53,336 bases of DNA from Candidatus Methanomethylicaceae archaeon (GTDB lineage Archaea > Thermoproteota > Methanomethylicia > Methanomethylicales > Methanomethylicaceae): positions 1 to 53,336 of the forward strand of contig JANXER010000007.1 of the NCBI GenBank assembly GCA_025057955.1, written 5' to 3'. Under the pieces are notes generated by a model, which did no database searches, was not told the DNA's origin, and was given only the letters and a program-made list of their open reading frames with translations. Position 1 is the stretch's first letter; every line of letters begins with the position of its first letter. This document shows, one piece after another, positions 1 through 10,278 of this stretch. The translations under genes were made by a program, and so were the position numbers.

Positions 1-414
1 ACCCCTATGGATGTAGCTATATTGAAGGATGAAGAACGCATGGAACTTTCTATCAAAGAGCTTACTGATAATTTTCAAATCTTTGATATTGGAAGTGAGA
101 CCATCAATTTCTATTCTAGTATAATTGAGGGTGCTAAAATTATAGTAATGCGAGGACCTGCCGGTTACATAGAAGATAAAAGATTCACAAAAGGATCTGA
201 GGAATTATTAAAACAAATTGTAAGGAGTGGAGCAAAAATAATACTTGGAGGTGGACATCTAAGAAATATTGCAGAGAAAATTAATGTAATGGATAAGATT
301 GATTTCTTTAGCACTGGAGGAGGAGCATTTATTTCATATATCTCTGGCGAGAAATTGCCGGGAATTGAAGCCTTAATAAAATCTGCAAATATGTTTAAAT
401 CCAAAAAAGGATAA
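1..414 (+). CDS. pgk: Phosphoglycerate kinase, C-terminal part (5' end outside window)
   Basis: Archaeal PGK C-terminal motifs DIG.ET, GPAG, GGGH, STGGGA, GEKLPG; frame is open from base 1; directly upstream of gap. Confidence 0.93.
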   Translation, partial: TPMDVAILKDEERMELSIKELTDNFQIFDIGSETINFYSSIIEGAKIIVMRGPAGYIEDKRFTKGSEELLKQIVRSGAKIILGGGHLRNIAEKINVMDKIDFFSTGGGAFISYISGEKLPGIEALIKSANMFKSKKG

Positions 415-435
415 TTATCTTTACAGTGATTTTTT

Positions 436-1458
436 ATGAAATTAAGAATTGGAATAAATGGTTACGGAACTATTGGAAAGAGAGTTGCAGATGCTGTACT
501 TAAACAAAAGGATATGGAATTAATCGGTGTAACTAAAACAAAGCCTAACTTCGAATGTAGAATAGCAATGGAAAATGGTATAGATATATACGCTTCTTCA
601 TCTGATCGCATTAAACTTTTTGAGGAAGCTGGCATAAAGGTTAAGGGATCGCTAGAGGATTTATTGAAACAAGTAGATGTTATTATAGATTGTACGCCAG
701 GGGGTGTAGGCGCCTCTTATAAGCCAATTTATGAAAAATATGGTATTAAAGCAATATTTCAAGGTGGAGAGAAGCATGATGTGGCTGGATTTTCATTTAA
801 CTCCTATAGCAACTATAGAGAGGCTCTTGGAAGAAATTTCATAAGAGTGGTCTCTTGTAACACCACAGGTCTATGTAGATTGCTCTATGTTATGGATAAT
901 GCCTTTGGTATTAAAAAGGCGAGAGTTGTTCTAATTAGGCGAGGCGCTGATCCACATGAGGATTCAAAGGGACCTATAAATAGCATTGTTACAGATCCTG
1001 TAACCATTCCCTCTCATCATGGCCCTGATGTAAATAAGGTTCTGAAACACATAAATATTACAACTATAGCTTTTGCTGTACCAGAAACTCTTATGCATGT
1101 TCATGTATTGAATCTTGAACTCAATAATACTGCATCTGAATCTGAAATTATAAAAGCTCTATCAAACTATTCAAGAATAAAGATTTTATCTGCTAAAGAT
1201 GGTATAGCTTCTACCTCCGCAATAATTGAGTATGCTAGGGATTTGGGAAGAAAAAGATATGATATACATGAATTGATAGTATGGAAGGAATCCATTAAAT
1301 CCTTTGGAAATGAAGTATATCTTTCACAAGCAGTACATCAAGAAGCCATAGTTGTTCCTGAGAACATAGATGCCATTAGAGCTATTACAAAAACTATTGA
1401 AGATCCTGAAATTTCCATAAAAACTACAGATGAATCATTAGGAATTGGGAGGTGGTAG
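436..1458 (+). CDS. gap: Archaeal type II glyceraldehyde-3-phosphate dehydrogenase
   Basis: INGYGTIGKRVADA, catalytic VVSCNTTGL, PSHHGPDV, HQEAIVVPENIDAIRA. Confidence 0.97.
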   Translation: MKLRIGINGYGTIGKRVADAVLKQKDMELIGVTKTKPNFECRIAMENGIDIYASSSDRIKLFEEAGIKVKGSLEDLLKQVDVIIDCTPGGVGASYKPIYEKYGIKAIFQGGEKHDVAGFSFNSYSNYREALGRNFIRVVSCNTTGLCRLLYVMDNAFGIKKARVVLIRRGADPHEDSKGPINSIVTDPVTIPSHHGPDVNKVLKHINITTIAFAVPETLMHVHVLNLELNNTASESEIIKALSNYSRIKILSAKDGIASTSAIIEYARDLGRKRYDIHELIVWKESIKSFGNEVYLSQAVHQEAIVVPENIDAIRAITKTIEDPEISIKTTDESLGIGRW

Positions 1459-1461
1459 AGG

Positions 1462-1881
1462 ATTTTTAAGAACATCCTAGTGCCAATTGATGGATCTCCT
1501 GCCTCTCTAAGAGCTTTAGATTTGGCCATTGATATTGCAATGAGAGATGGAGCAAAAATAGCTTTAATATATGTAGTGGCAAATTCCCCTGGCCTTAGCA
1601 CTCAAGCTCTGGAGGATTTGAAAAGTACTGGAGAGAAGATATTGAATGAGGCTGAATCCAGATGTAAATGCTATGGAATATTGTCAAAGAAGATTATCAA
1701 AGTTGCAGAAATAAATCAATCTTCAGTAGCCATGGAAATATATGATGAAGTTATAAAAGGGAAATATGATCTCGTAGTGCTTGGCTCAAGAGGTTATATT
1801 GGTGAAAAAGCAATATTAATGGGAAGCGTTGCAATGTCATTAGCTATAACACTTCCTTGTACTATTATAATTGTTCGTTAG
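1462..1881 (+). CDS. Universal stress protein (UspA family), probable ATT start
   Basis: (I)FKNILVPIDGS..S..AL..A at the N-terminus; DLVVLGSRG...MGSVA and PCTIIIVR at the C-terminus. The track start (GTG 1480) cuts the first beta strand. Confidence 0.88.
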   Translation: MFKNILVPIDGSPASLRALDLAIDIAMRDGAKIALIYVVANSPGLSTQALEDLKSTGEKILNEAESRCKCYGILSKKIIKVAEINQSSVAMEIYDEVIKGKYDLVVLGSRGYIGEKAILMGSVAMSLAITLPCTIIIVR

Positions 1882-1892
1882 AGGATTCTGAA

Positions 1893-3248
1893 ATGAAAAT
1901 TACCTTTGGCACTGATGGCTGGCGCTCTCGCATGGATGAATATTTTAATAAGGAGAATGTAAAACTGATTGCCAAGGCTATTGCTAAATATGTTTATAGC
2001 ACTGGATTCAAAAGAGGAATTTTCATTGGATATGATGGTAGATATAACTCAAATGTCTTTGCTAGATTATGTGCAGAAGTATTGTCCTCATTTGATATTC
2101 CTTCCTTTCTTCCACCAAGACCAGTTCCTACACCAGTGGCTGCTTTTTCAGTTTTGAAGTATTCGCTTGATGGTGCTATAATGATAACAGCATCTCATAA
2201 TCCTCCTATATATAATGGGATAAAATTCATTCCACACTATGGTGGGCCTGCAACAGTTGAAATCACGAATTTAATTGAAAATTTAATATCTAAAGGAGGT
2301 GAGAATGGAAAGATTATAAATGAGCTAATTTTCATACTTAATCCGATTGATGATTATATTGATCATCTACTTAATTTACTCTCCTCAAGTAAGTTAAATA
2401 TTAAAGTAATAATTGATCCAATGCATGGCTCAATGGCAGGTATTGCTGAAGAAGTATTAAGTAGAATCGGTATGAAAGTTTATGTAATTAGAGGAAACAT
2501 TGATCCTGAATTTGGTGGATGTACTCCTGATCCAATTCCAAAAAATTTAGAGGAATTGCGTAAGTCGATATTATCTAAAGAGTATGATATTGGTATAGCC
2601 TTTGATGGTGATGGAGATAGACTAGCTGCTATAACTAATAGAGGATTATTTTTATTGGCAAATCAAATACTTCCTATAATATATATTCATATGCACGATA
2701 GAAGAAAAATAATTGGAAACGCTGCAAGAACAGTTGCAACCTCCCATTTAATAGACTTTGTTGTTAAGGAAAGAAATCATGAAGTTTTTGAAACTCCAGT
2801 TGGATTCAAGAATATTGCTCCTCTTCTTATTAATAGAAAAATAGTAATTGGAGGAGAGGAAAGTGGTGGAATAGGTTTCATTAACCATATACCGGAAAAA
2901 GATGGATTAGCTACAGCATTGTTATTGCTAGAAGCATTGGACTATGAAAATCCTCAATTAACATTGGAAAATCTTTATAATAAGTATGGAAGATTTGAAT
3001 TTAAAAGATTGGATTTACATCCTCATGAATTTAAGTTCAATATAGAAGGAATTAATGATATTTTTGGAAAGAAAATTATCAATATAATTAAAATTGATGG
3101 TTTGAAAATAGTTTTTAATGATGGATCATGGTTATTGATAAGGAAATCTGGTACAGAAAATTTGATAAGAATCTATTCAGAAGCAAGAACTGAATATGAA
3201 GTGGAATCATTAATTGATTTTGCTAAGAATTTTCTTTTAATAACTTAA
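1893..3248 (+). CDS. Phosphoglucomutase/phosphomannomutase family alpha-D-phosphohexomutase
   Basis: MKITFGTDGWR start, phosphoserine loop TASHNP, metal loop FDGDGDR, GEESGG, RKSGTE..IRIYSEA. Confidence 0.93.
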   Translation: MKITFGTDGWRSRMDEYFNKENVKLIAKAIAKYVYSTGFKRGIFIGYDGRYNSNVFARLCAEVLSSFDIPSFLPPRPVPTPVAAFSVLKYSLDGAIMITASHNPPIYNGIKFIPHYGGPATVEITNLIENLISKGGENGKIINELIFILNPIDDYIDHLLNLLSSSKLNIKVIIDPMHGSMAGIAEEVLSRIGMKVYVIRGNIDPEFGGCTPDPIPKNLEELRKSILSKEYDIGIAFDGDGDRLAAITNRGLFLLANQILPIIYIHMHDRRKIIGNAARTVATSHLIDFVVKERNHEVFETPVGFKNIAPLLINRKIVIGGEESGGIGFINHIPEKDGLATALLLLEALDYENPQLTLENLYNKYGRFEFKRLDLHPHEFKFNIEGINDIFGKKIINIIKIDGLKIVFNDGSWLLIRKSGTENLIRIYSEARTEYEVESLIDFAKNFLLIT

Positions 3249-3292
3249 ACTTTATTTAACATTTGTTAAATATTTTTTTAAAGGGATAGAGT

Positions 3293-3844
3293 ATGAGAAA
3301 ATTCCTTACCGCTAAGGCTGAGCTTGTTGAAAAAGTAAATGATGTGGCAAAAAAAGATGGAAGAACGATATTCAGTATAGTTAATGAGGCTTTGGAGGAA
3401 TTTTTAATGGCTAATGAGAAGAACAAGAGCTTATACGAAGTTATTGAGGAACTGAAAACTATTGAAATTGCGAAAAATGCTGGCATGGTATTTGTACCAG
3501 AGGAATTTCATGAGAACGTTATAAATAGAACCTCATTAGGTAAGAATGATTATAAATCTTGGAATGAAGCAGGTCGAATTTTTGGCAAGTATTTGGAAGT
3601 AAATAATATGAAGGAGCTAAAAAATATAGAGAGAGTAATCAAGTACTTAATTGGAGGTGTCTCAGAAATATTATTTTCAGAGAATAGAGTAGTGTGCATC
3701 TGTCCAAAGATGAGTGAACAAAGATCAGAGGAACTTGCAGAATTCTTGGAAGGCTTAATAGAGAGTCTTGGATTTATAATATCTTCAAAGGAAATATCAA
3801 GAGGAATTATAATTATTAAAATAAAGAAACAGAAAGCAGGGTGA
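3293..3844 (+). CDS. Hypothetical protein: N-terminal ribbon-helix-helix-like domain plus V4R-like C-terminal domain
   Basis: Strand-helix-helix pattern (FLTAKAELVEKVNDVAKKDGRTIFSIVNEALEEFL); clear paralog of the next gene. Confidence 0.55.
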   Translation: MRKFLTAKAELVEKVNDVAKKDGRTIFSIVNEALEEFLMANEKNKSLYEVIEELKTIEIAKNAGMVFVPEEFHENVINRTSLGKNDYKSWNEAGRIFGKYLEVNNMKELKNIERVIKYLIGGVSEILFSENRVVCICPKMSEQRSEELAEFLEGLIESLGFIISSKEISRGIIIIKIKKQKAG

Positions 3845-3850
3845 ACATAA

Positions 3851-4435
3851 GTGCCAGAGAAAATTGAGAAAAAACTCTTAGTTGTTAGATCGGATATTCT
3901 AGAAAAGCTTTCAGAGGTTGCAAGAAAAGAGAATAAAACATTATTTGCACTTACGAATGAGATTCTTCAAGATGCTTTAAAAGCTAGTGAAATGAAAACA
4001 ACAATAAGAGAAATAGTTGATTTCTATAGACTGATGAAGATACAAAAGGAATCAGGATCTATGGTAATTCCCATGAATTTATTGTTGAGTAGTTTAAAAA
4101 AATCGAATGATAAAATGAAAATTTTGAAAGAATGGAATGATGCTGGAGAATGGTATGGAAAATATCTTATTGCAAAATTTGATAATCCTTTAGAAATATT
4201 ACCATCCCTACTATCAACATCCTTTTGGCACGTTTCTGAGGTGAAAATTAATAGAAAAACAAATGATAGAATTGCCATAAGTATAATTGCACCAAATGTG
4301 GATCAACTACTTATTGAAGTTACTGTGGAATACTTGATTGGAATAATGCGTGCATTAGATTTCTATAATATTAAAAATGATATACTTCATGGAATTGCTA
4401 TTCTTGAATTTTCAAAGGAGTTAATTGAGAAATAA
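3851..4435 (+). CDS. Hypothetical protein, paralog of the preceding RHH/V4R-like protein
   Basis: LLVVRSDILEKLSEVARKENKTLFALTNEIL; shares WN.AG..(F/Y)GKYL with the upstream gene; GGGTGA RBS before the GTG start. Confidence 0.55.
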   Translation: MPEKIEKKLLVVRSDILEKLSEVARKENKTLFALTNEILQDALKASEMKTTIREIVDFYRLMKIQKESGSMVIPMNLLLSSLKKSNDKMKILKEWNDAGEWYGKYLIAKFDNPLEILPSLLSTSFWHVSEVKINRKTNDRIAISIIAPNVDQLLIEVTVEYLIGIMRALDFYNIKNDILHGIAILEFSKELIEK

Positions 4436-4472
4436 TTGAGAAATATAAGAAAGAGAATTGCTATTCAATGTT

Positions 4473-5492
4473 ATGAAAATGAGAGCAATGGTTCTTAGGG
4501 AATATAAGAAAATTGAGAATAAACCATTGTCCCTAGAAGAGCTCTCCATCCCTGCGCCTAGGGATAAAGAAATTTTAATAGAAATCTCAGTTTGTGGAAT
4601 ATGTAGAACTGAACTAGATGAAGTAGAGGGTAGATTGCCAACGAAGCTACCAGTAATACCTGGCCATCAAATTATTGGAAGAATTAAGGAATTAGGATCC
4701 TCTGTTAAAAAATATAGAATCGGAAAGAGGGTAGGTGTGGCTTGGATATATAGTACATGCGGTCTTTGTAATTACTGTAAGAATGGACTGGAGAATCTCT
4801 GTAGCAATTTCATTGGAACTGGTTGTAATGCTGATGGAGGATATGCTGAATATATAGTGGTAAATGAGGATTTTGTTTATCCTATCCCAGAAAGATTTTC
4901 TGATTCTGAAGCTGCTCCTTTACTATGTGCTGGTGCAATTGGTTATAGAGCACTTAAATTGTGTAAAATGAAAGATGGAGATGTAATAGCTCTATATGGC
5001 TTTGGATCTTCAGCTCATATTGTTTTTCAATTAATAAGATTTCTCTTTCCTAATTCAAAGATATTTGTTTTCACCAAGAGGAGGGGAGATAGAGCAAGTG
5101 AGCTTGCTCTTAGCATGGGGGCAGATTGGGTTGGAGAGACAGGAGAATCGCCTCCAATTAAATTTAATTGCGCTATAGATACTACACCTGTAGGGGTCTC
5201 TATTTTGGAAGCCCTAAGGAATCTAGATAGAGGAGGTAGACTTATAATAAATCTCATAAGAAAGGAGACTTCCATTAATGGATTGGACTATGTTACACAT
5301 CTATGGGGTGAGAGGGAAATAAAAACTGTTGCAAATGTGACAAGAAATGATGTTAGTGAATTTCTTGAGATTGCCTCAAGAATACCCATAAAGCCAGAGA
5401 TTGTAAAATTTCGTTTAGAAGAGGCTAATGATGCACTTTTAATGTTAAAATATGGAAAATATACTGGCAGTGGCATACTAGTAATTAGATAA
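4473..5492 (+). CDS. Zinc-dependent alcohol dehydrogenase family protein
   Basis: CGICRT, PGHQIIG, structural Zn CGLCNYC..G.ENLC, APLLCAGAIGY, YGFGSSA. Start is ATG 4473 or 4479. Confidence 0.9.
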   Translation: MKMRAMVLREYKKIENKPLSLEELSIPAPRDKEILIEISVCGICRTELDEVEGRLPTKLPVIPGHQIIGRIKELGSSVKKYRIGKRVGVAWIYSTCGLCNYCKNGLENLCSNFIGTGCNADGGYAEYIVVNEDFVYPIPERFSDSEAAPLLCAGAIGYRALKLCKMKDGDVIALYGFGSSAHIVFQLIRFLFPNSKIFVFTKRRGDRASELALSMGADWVGETGESPPIKFNCAIDTTPVGVSILEALRNLDRGGRLIINLIRKETSINGLDYVTHLWGEREIKTVANVTRNDVSEFLEIASRIPIKPEIVKFRLEEANDALLMLKYGKYTGSGILVIR

Positions 5493-6347
5493 AAATTTAA
5501 GCAATTCCTCAAGTGTTGGTAATCCACTTCTTGCGCCCTTCTTTTGAATTTTAATAGAAGCAGTGGCAATGCCCCAACTTAGACATTCATTCAAGCTTCT
5601 TCCTTTTATCATAGCTGCTAAAAAACCAGCATCAAAAGCATCCCCTGCGCCAGTTGTATCCACAACATTAACTTTCATTGCTGGCATGCTTATGCTATTT
5701 TTACCATCGAATAAATATGCTCCTTTAGCTCCCCTCTTAATTATAACAAGATTTACATAATTAGAAATAAGCTCCGCTCCTTTTGAATAATCCATACCTG
5801 TTAGTTTTCTACATTCAATTTCATTCATAAAGACTATGTCTATTCCTTTCAAGTCATTTGGCTTTAATTCGACAATGCTTCCTCCTGGATCTAGAGATAT
5901 TTTTGAATTTGTCATATTCTTTACTTTAATTAGAACTTTTCTACTTACATTACATAATTGTAAATACTTTGAATCTGGAATTCTATCTATTGAGCTCTCA
6001 AGGGCCTCATTTGCACCTCTATATGCAATCATTCTTCTATTTCCACTTTTTTCCACTATTACACATACCATGCCAGTTCTTTTTCCTTCTACAATTTTTA
6101 TGAAATCAATTGAAACGCCATTCTTATTAAGCTCTTCTATCGCACTTATTCCAAATGCATCATTGCCTACACAACCAATCATTCCCACTTTAAGACCAAG
6201 TCTTGCTGCTCCTACTGCAAAATTTGCTGCTGCTCCTCCATGAAAAATTTCAAGATCCGATAAAACTTCACTATCTAAATCTGGCAAAGCATCAATAAAG
6301 AATGATAAATCAATATTAATATTTCCTATTGAGATTACATCAAACAA
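5478..6347 (-). CDS. PfkB/ribokinase-family carbohydrate or nucleoside kinase
   Basis: GGAAANFAVGAARLG, VGNDAFG, DTTGAGDAFDAGF. Confidence 0.92.
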   Translation of the reverse strand: MFDVISIGNINIDLSFFIDALPDLDSEVLSDLEIFHGGAAANFAVGAARLGLKVGMIGCVGNDAFGISAIEELNKNGVSIDFIKIVEGKRTGMVCVIVEKSGNRRMIAYRGANEALESSIDRIPDSKYLQLCNVSRKVLIKVKNMTNSKISLDPGGSIVELKPNDLKGIDIVFMNEIECRKLTGMDYSKGAELISNYVNLVIIKRGAKGAYLFDGKNSISMPAMKVNVVDTTGAGDAFDAGFLAAMIKGRSLNECLSWGIATASIKIQKKGARSGLPTLEELLKFLSNY

Positions 6348-6351
6348 AATA

Positions 6352-7035
6352 TCACCTTTTGGAGAAAATCATTCTCGCATCAACAACTCTATATCCTCTT
6401 TCATAAACGATTGTAGGATTTAAATCTATTTCTGAAATTCTAGGAAAATCCATGATAATATTTGAAACTTTTAATATTACTTCAGCTAGGCTTTCTATAT
6501 CTGAGGGCTTTCTACCTCTTACTCCCTTTAATATTCTATGTCCTCTTATTTCTGAAATCATTTTCAAAGCTTCTTCTTTATCTATTGGCGCAATCCTCAG
6601 GGATATATCATTAAAAATCTCTGTAAATATGCCCCCCAGTCCGAAAACTACAACTGGTCCAAATTGAGGATCCATCTTAGCACCTATTATTGTCTCCAAG
6701 CCCTTTGGCGCCATTTCCTCTATGAGCACGCCCTCTAGCCTAAATCCACCATCTATAGCAATTTTTTCTATTTTCTTAAAAGCCTCATATGCTTCATTCC
6801 TACTATTTATATCTAAAATCACACCACCTACATCTGATTTATGAATTACATCTGGAGATACTATTTTCATTACTAATGGAAAAACAAAATCTTTTATAGC
6901 ATCATCAATTTCTTCAAGGCCTCTTATAACTTTCCATTTTCCAACAAAAATTCCATATTTTTGACATATTTCTTTTGCCTCTGGCTCTAAGAGCCATCCT
7001 CTTTCCAATCCTTTAAGAATTATTTCTTCCATCAT
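6352..7035 (-). CDS. acdB: ADP-forming acyl/acetyl-CoA synthetase beta subunit (ATP-grasp)
   Basis: LLEPEAK, KIVSPDVIHKSDVGGV, DPQFGPVVVFGLGGIFTE, EIDLNP, VDAR. Confidence 0.88.
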   Translation of the reverse strand: MMEEIILKGLERGWLLEPEAKEICQKYGIFVGKWKVIRGLEEIDDAIKDFVFPLVMKIVSPDVIHKSDVGGVILDINSRNEAYEAFKKIEKIAIDGGFRLEGVLIEEMAPKGLETIIGAKMDPQFGPVVVFGLGGIFTEIFNDISLRIAPIDKEEALKMISEIRGHRILKGVRGRKPSDIESLAEVILKVSNIIMDFPRISEIDLNPTIVYERGYRVVDARMIFSKR

Positions 7036-8480
7036 AATCCTCTCCTAATAATCTCCAGCTCCCTTCTTATTATATCATTTACAATTTTTGGATCACTTCT
7101 TCCTTTAGTCTTCTTCATTACTTGACCTACAAGAAAGTTTATTGCTTCCTCATTTTTTAAAGCATCAAGTACAGCTTTCCTATGCTCTTTGAATACTTCT
7201 TTAACTATTTGACCTACAACCTCTTCATCATAGATTCTTTCCATCCCCTTCTCTCTTACTATTTGAGATGGCATTTTTCCAGTTTCTACCATTTCAGGAA
7301 GTATTATTTTTCCTATTTTTCCACTAATTATCCCTTCCTTTATCATTTTCAACATTTCAATAAGTGCCTCAGGCGTTATTTTACTTTCATTAATTTCTAA
7401 ATCTCTATTATTCAAAATGCCCATTAAATCATTAATTATCCAATTACTAACAACTTTTGCCTCACCATATTGTTTGACACATTTTTCAAAGAAATCTGCT
7501 AATGCCTTATGAGTTGTTAGAATATAGGCATCATATTGTGGTATTCCATAGGTTATAATAAATCTCTCTGCACGTTCATCAGGAAGCTCTGGCATATTAG
7601 CCTTTATTTTATCAATAAGCTCATTGGTTATTATAATGGGCACAATATCCGGCTCTGGGAAGTATCTATAGTCATGTTCCTCTTCCTTCTCTCTCAGGGA
7701 TATTGTTACCTTTCTAATTTCATCCCAATGCCTTGTCTCTCTTAAGATCTTCTCTCCCTTGCTTACTAGCGAAATTTGTCTTGACAACTCATAATTTATT
7801 GCTCTTTCTACCTCTTTAAATGATGATATATTTTTAATTTCCACTCTCTCTCCATCTTTTATTGAAACATTAACATCACATCTCATAGCACCTTCTAAGC
7901 TACCATCGAATATACCTATATGTTCAAATACCGATCTCAGCTTTTGAAGAAATAGTCTAGCTTCCTTTGAAGTAGAAATATCTGGCTCAGTAACAACTTC
8001 TAGAAGAGCTACTCCCGCTCTATTATAGTCCACAAGAGTATAGGGGGATAAATCAATTGGTCCAATATGTACAAGCTTAGCAGGATCTTCTTCGAGCTGA
8101 ATCCTTTTTATCCTTATTCTTTTTACCTTCCCTTCGATATTTATATCAAGATATCCACCTGTACAAAGTGGAGGAGAACCCTTTGTTTCATACATGGAGA
8201 TTTGAAAATTCTTACTCATATCTACATAGAAGTAGTTCTTTCTATAAAATGAAATTCTAGAATTTATAGTGCTTTTTAATGCAATTCCTGCCATTATTGC
8301 AAATTCTATTGCCTTTCTATTTGGCTTTGGCAATGTTCCTGGATGGCCTAAGCAAATAATACATGTGTTTGAATTTGGCTCCTTTCCTCTATAGTCAGAT
8401 GAACATCCACAAAAGAGCTTTGTTTTTAAGCTTGTTAATTGACAATGAACTTCTAATCCTATTTTCACATTTGAAATCAT
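7032..8480 (-). CDS. gatB: Asp/Glu-tRNA amidotransferase subunit B
   Basis: IGLEVHCQL, RKNYFY, QLEEDPAK, DYNRAG..LLEVVTEPD, YRYFPEPD, GQVMKKTKG. Confidence 0.96.
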   Translation of the reverse strand: MISNVKIGLEVHCQLTSLKTKLFCGCSSDYRGKEPNSNTCIICLGHPGTLPKPNRKAIEFAIMAGIALKSTINSRISFYRKNYFYVDMSKNFQISMYETKGSPPLCTGGYLDINIEGKVKRIRIKRIQLEEDPAKLVHIGPIDLSPYTLVDYNRAGVALLEVVTEPDISTSKEARLFLQKLRSVFEHIGIFDGSLEGAMRCDVNVSIKDGERVEIKNISSFKEVERAINYELSRQISLVSKGEKILRETRHWDEIRKVTISLREKEEEHDYRYFPEPDIVPIIITNELIDKIKANMPELPDERAERFIITYGIPQYDAYILTTHKALADFFEKCVKQYGEAKVVSNWIINDLMGILNNRDLEINESKITPEALIEMLKMIKEGIISGKIGKIILPEMVETGKMPSQIVREKGMERIYDEEVVGQIVKEVFKEHRKAVLDALKNEEAINFLVGQVMKKTKGRSDPKIVNDIIRRELEIIRRGL

Positions 8481-8492
8481 AGTATTTCCTCC

Positions 8493-9917
8493 CTATAATG
8501 GTGGATTCAAATTTAAATTGAGCTCCTCCTCAAGTTTTCTGGCCACAGCTATTAATCTCCCCTCCATGAGTGGTGGAGCAATTATTTGAAATCCAATTGG
8601 TAATCCGTTTGAAAATCCACAAGGAACCGAAATTGCTGGAATTCCAGCTAAATTCACTGGTACAGTATCTACATCCATCATGTACATTTCAAGTGGATCT
8701 TCTATTTTCTCTCCAATTTTGAATGCAACTGTTGGCATTGTAGGTCCAACTAATACATCAAATTCCTTAAATAATCTCTCAAAATCCCTTTTTATTAAAG
8801 TTCTAACCTTCAAGGCTTTAAGATAATAATCTTCATAATATCCCGCTGAAAGTGCAAATGTCCCCAATAGAATTCTTCTCTTAACTTCCTTACCAAATAG
8901 ACTCCTCGTCTTAGAATATGCCTTCGACCAATCTAATCCCTCATCATCAATCCTAACACCATATCTTATACCATCATATCTTGCAAGATTGGAGCTTGCT
9001 TCTGACATTGCTATTAAGTAGTAAGCGGGAAGGGCATATTTAATTGTGGGAAGACTAACTTCTTTATATTTCATTCCAAGATTTTCCAATACATGTATGG
9101 CATTCCAAACCTCTTTTTTAACTCCTTCTTCCGTACCTTCACCAAAGAATTCCTTCAAAACACCCATCCTCATATTTTTGACATCCATATTAAGGTATGT
9201 TAAGTAATTTTCACATTCCTTATTTATGGAGGTTCCATCCATCTCATCATATCCTGCTATTATATTCATTAGGAGAGCACAATCTCTCACATCCCTAGTC
9301 ATAGGGCCTATTTGCTCTAGACTATTGGCAAAAGCAATTAAGCCGAATCTACTTACCAATCCATATGTAGGCTTTAATCCTACTATTCCACAGAAGCTAG
9401 CAGGACATCTTATTGATCCTCCAGTATCTGAGCCTAAAGCAGCAATAGCCTCTCTTGCTGCAACAGCTACAGCACTTCCACCAGAAGAGCCACCTGGCAC
9501 TCTTGATTTATCCCAAGGATTTTTTGAAGGAAAAAATGCGCTATTTTCTGTTGAAGATCCCATTGCAAACTCATCCATATTTGTCTTTCCCAAAATTACA
9601 GCTCCCGCCTCTTTTAGTTTAGTTACAACTGTAGCATCATATGGAGGAATATAATTTTCTAAGATTCTTGAACCACATGTAGTCCTCAATCCCCTTGTAC
9701 ATATATTATCCTTTATTGCTAATGGAACCCCTGCTAGAGGAGTATTTAAATTAACTTTATCTATATTTTCATTTATTGTAATATATGCTTTCAAATCATC
9801 ATCAAGCCTATCTATTCTAATTTTATATTCATCCATTACATCTTCCCAACTTAAATCGCCATTTTTAATTGCGTTTATAAGCTCAAATAATGTGAAATCT
9901 AATACTCTCAAAGTCAT
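8493..9917 (-). CDS. gatA: Asp/Glu-tRNA amidotransferase subunit A
   Basis: Amidase signature GKTNMDEFAMGSSTE, PGGSSGGS, GSDTGGSIR, EASSNLARYDG. Confidence 0.96.
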   Translation of the reverse strand: MTLRVLDFTLFELINAIKNGDLSWEDVMDEYKIRIDRLDDDLKAYITINENIDKVNLNTPLAGVPLAIKDNICTRGLRTTCGSRILENYIPPYDATVVTKLKEAGAVILGKTNMDEFAMGSSTENSAFFPSKNPWDKSRVPGGSSGGSAVAVAAREAIAALGSDTGGSIRCPASFCGIVGLKPTYGLVSRFGLIAFANSLEQIGPMTRDVRDCALLMNIIAGYDEMDGTSINKECENYLTYLNMDVKNMRMGVLKEFFGEGTEEGVKKEVWNAIHVLENLGMKYKEVSLPTIKYALPAYYLIAMSEASSNLARYDGIRYGVRIDDEGLDWSKAYSKTRSLFGKEVKRRILLGTFALSAGYYEDYYLKALKVRTLIKRDFERLFKEFDVLVGPTMPTVAFKIGEKIEDPLEMYMMDVDTVPVNLAGIPAISVPCGFSNGLPIGFQIIAPPLMEGRLIAVARKLEEELNLNLNPPL

Positions 9918-9921
9918 CCCC

Positions 9922-10227
9922 TCATACTATCTTTGGAGCAATGAAAAATCCATCCTTTGTTCTCTTTGCTTTAGAGAGGGCCTCTTGTTGACTAAGAGAG
10001 GGTTTTATAGAATCATCTCTAAGCATATTAAATATATCTATTACATGGTAAGTTGGTTCAACATCCTCCAGTTGAAGCTCATCAATACTTTTAAATGCCT
10101 CTAATATTCTATTTAATTGCTCCAAATATTCTTTTTTTTCATTCTCATTTAATTCTATTTTTGCAAGCCAAGCTAATCTATCAAGCTTCTCTCTGGATAC
10201 AATCTTTAAGTGCTCCATAATGCTCAT
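9922..10227 (-). CDS. gatC: Asp/Glu-tRNA amidotransferase subunit C
   Basis: [26 protein letters not shown]; immediately upstream of gatA. Confidence 0.9.
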   Translation of the reverse strand: MSIMEHLKIVSREKLDRLAWLAKIELNENEKKEYLEQLNRILEAFKSIDELQLEDVEPTYHVIDIFNMLRDDSIKPSLSQQEALSKAKRTKDGFFIAPKIV

Positions 10228-10278
10228 AGAATAGTTTATTTAGGTATATATTTTTATACTATATTCTCGGTGATTATC

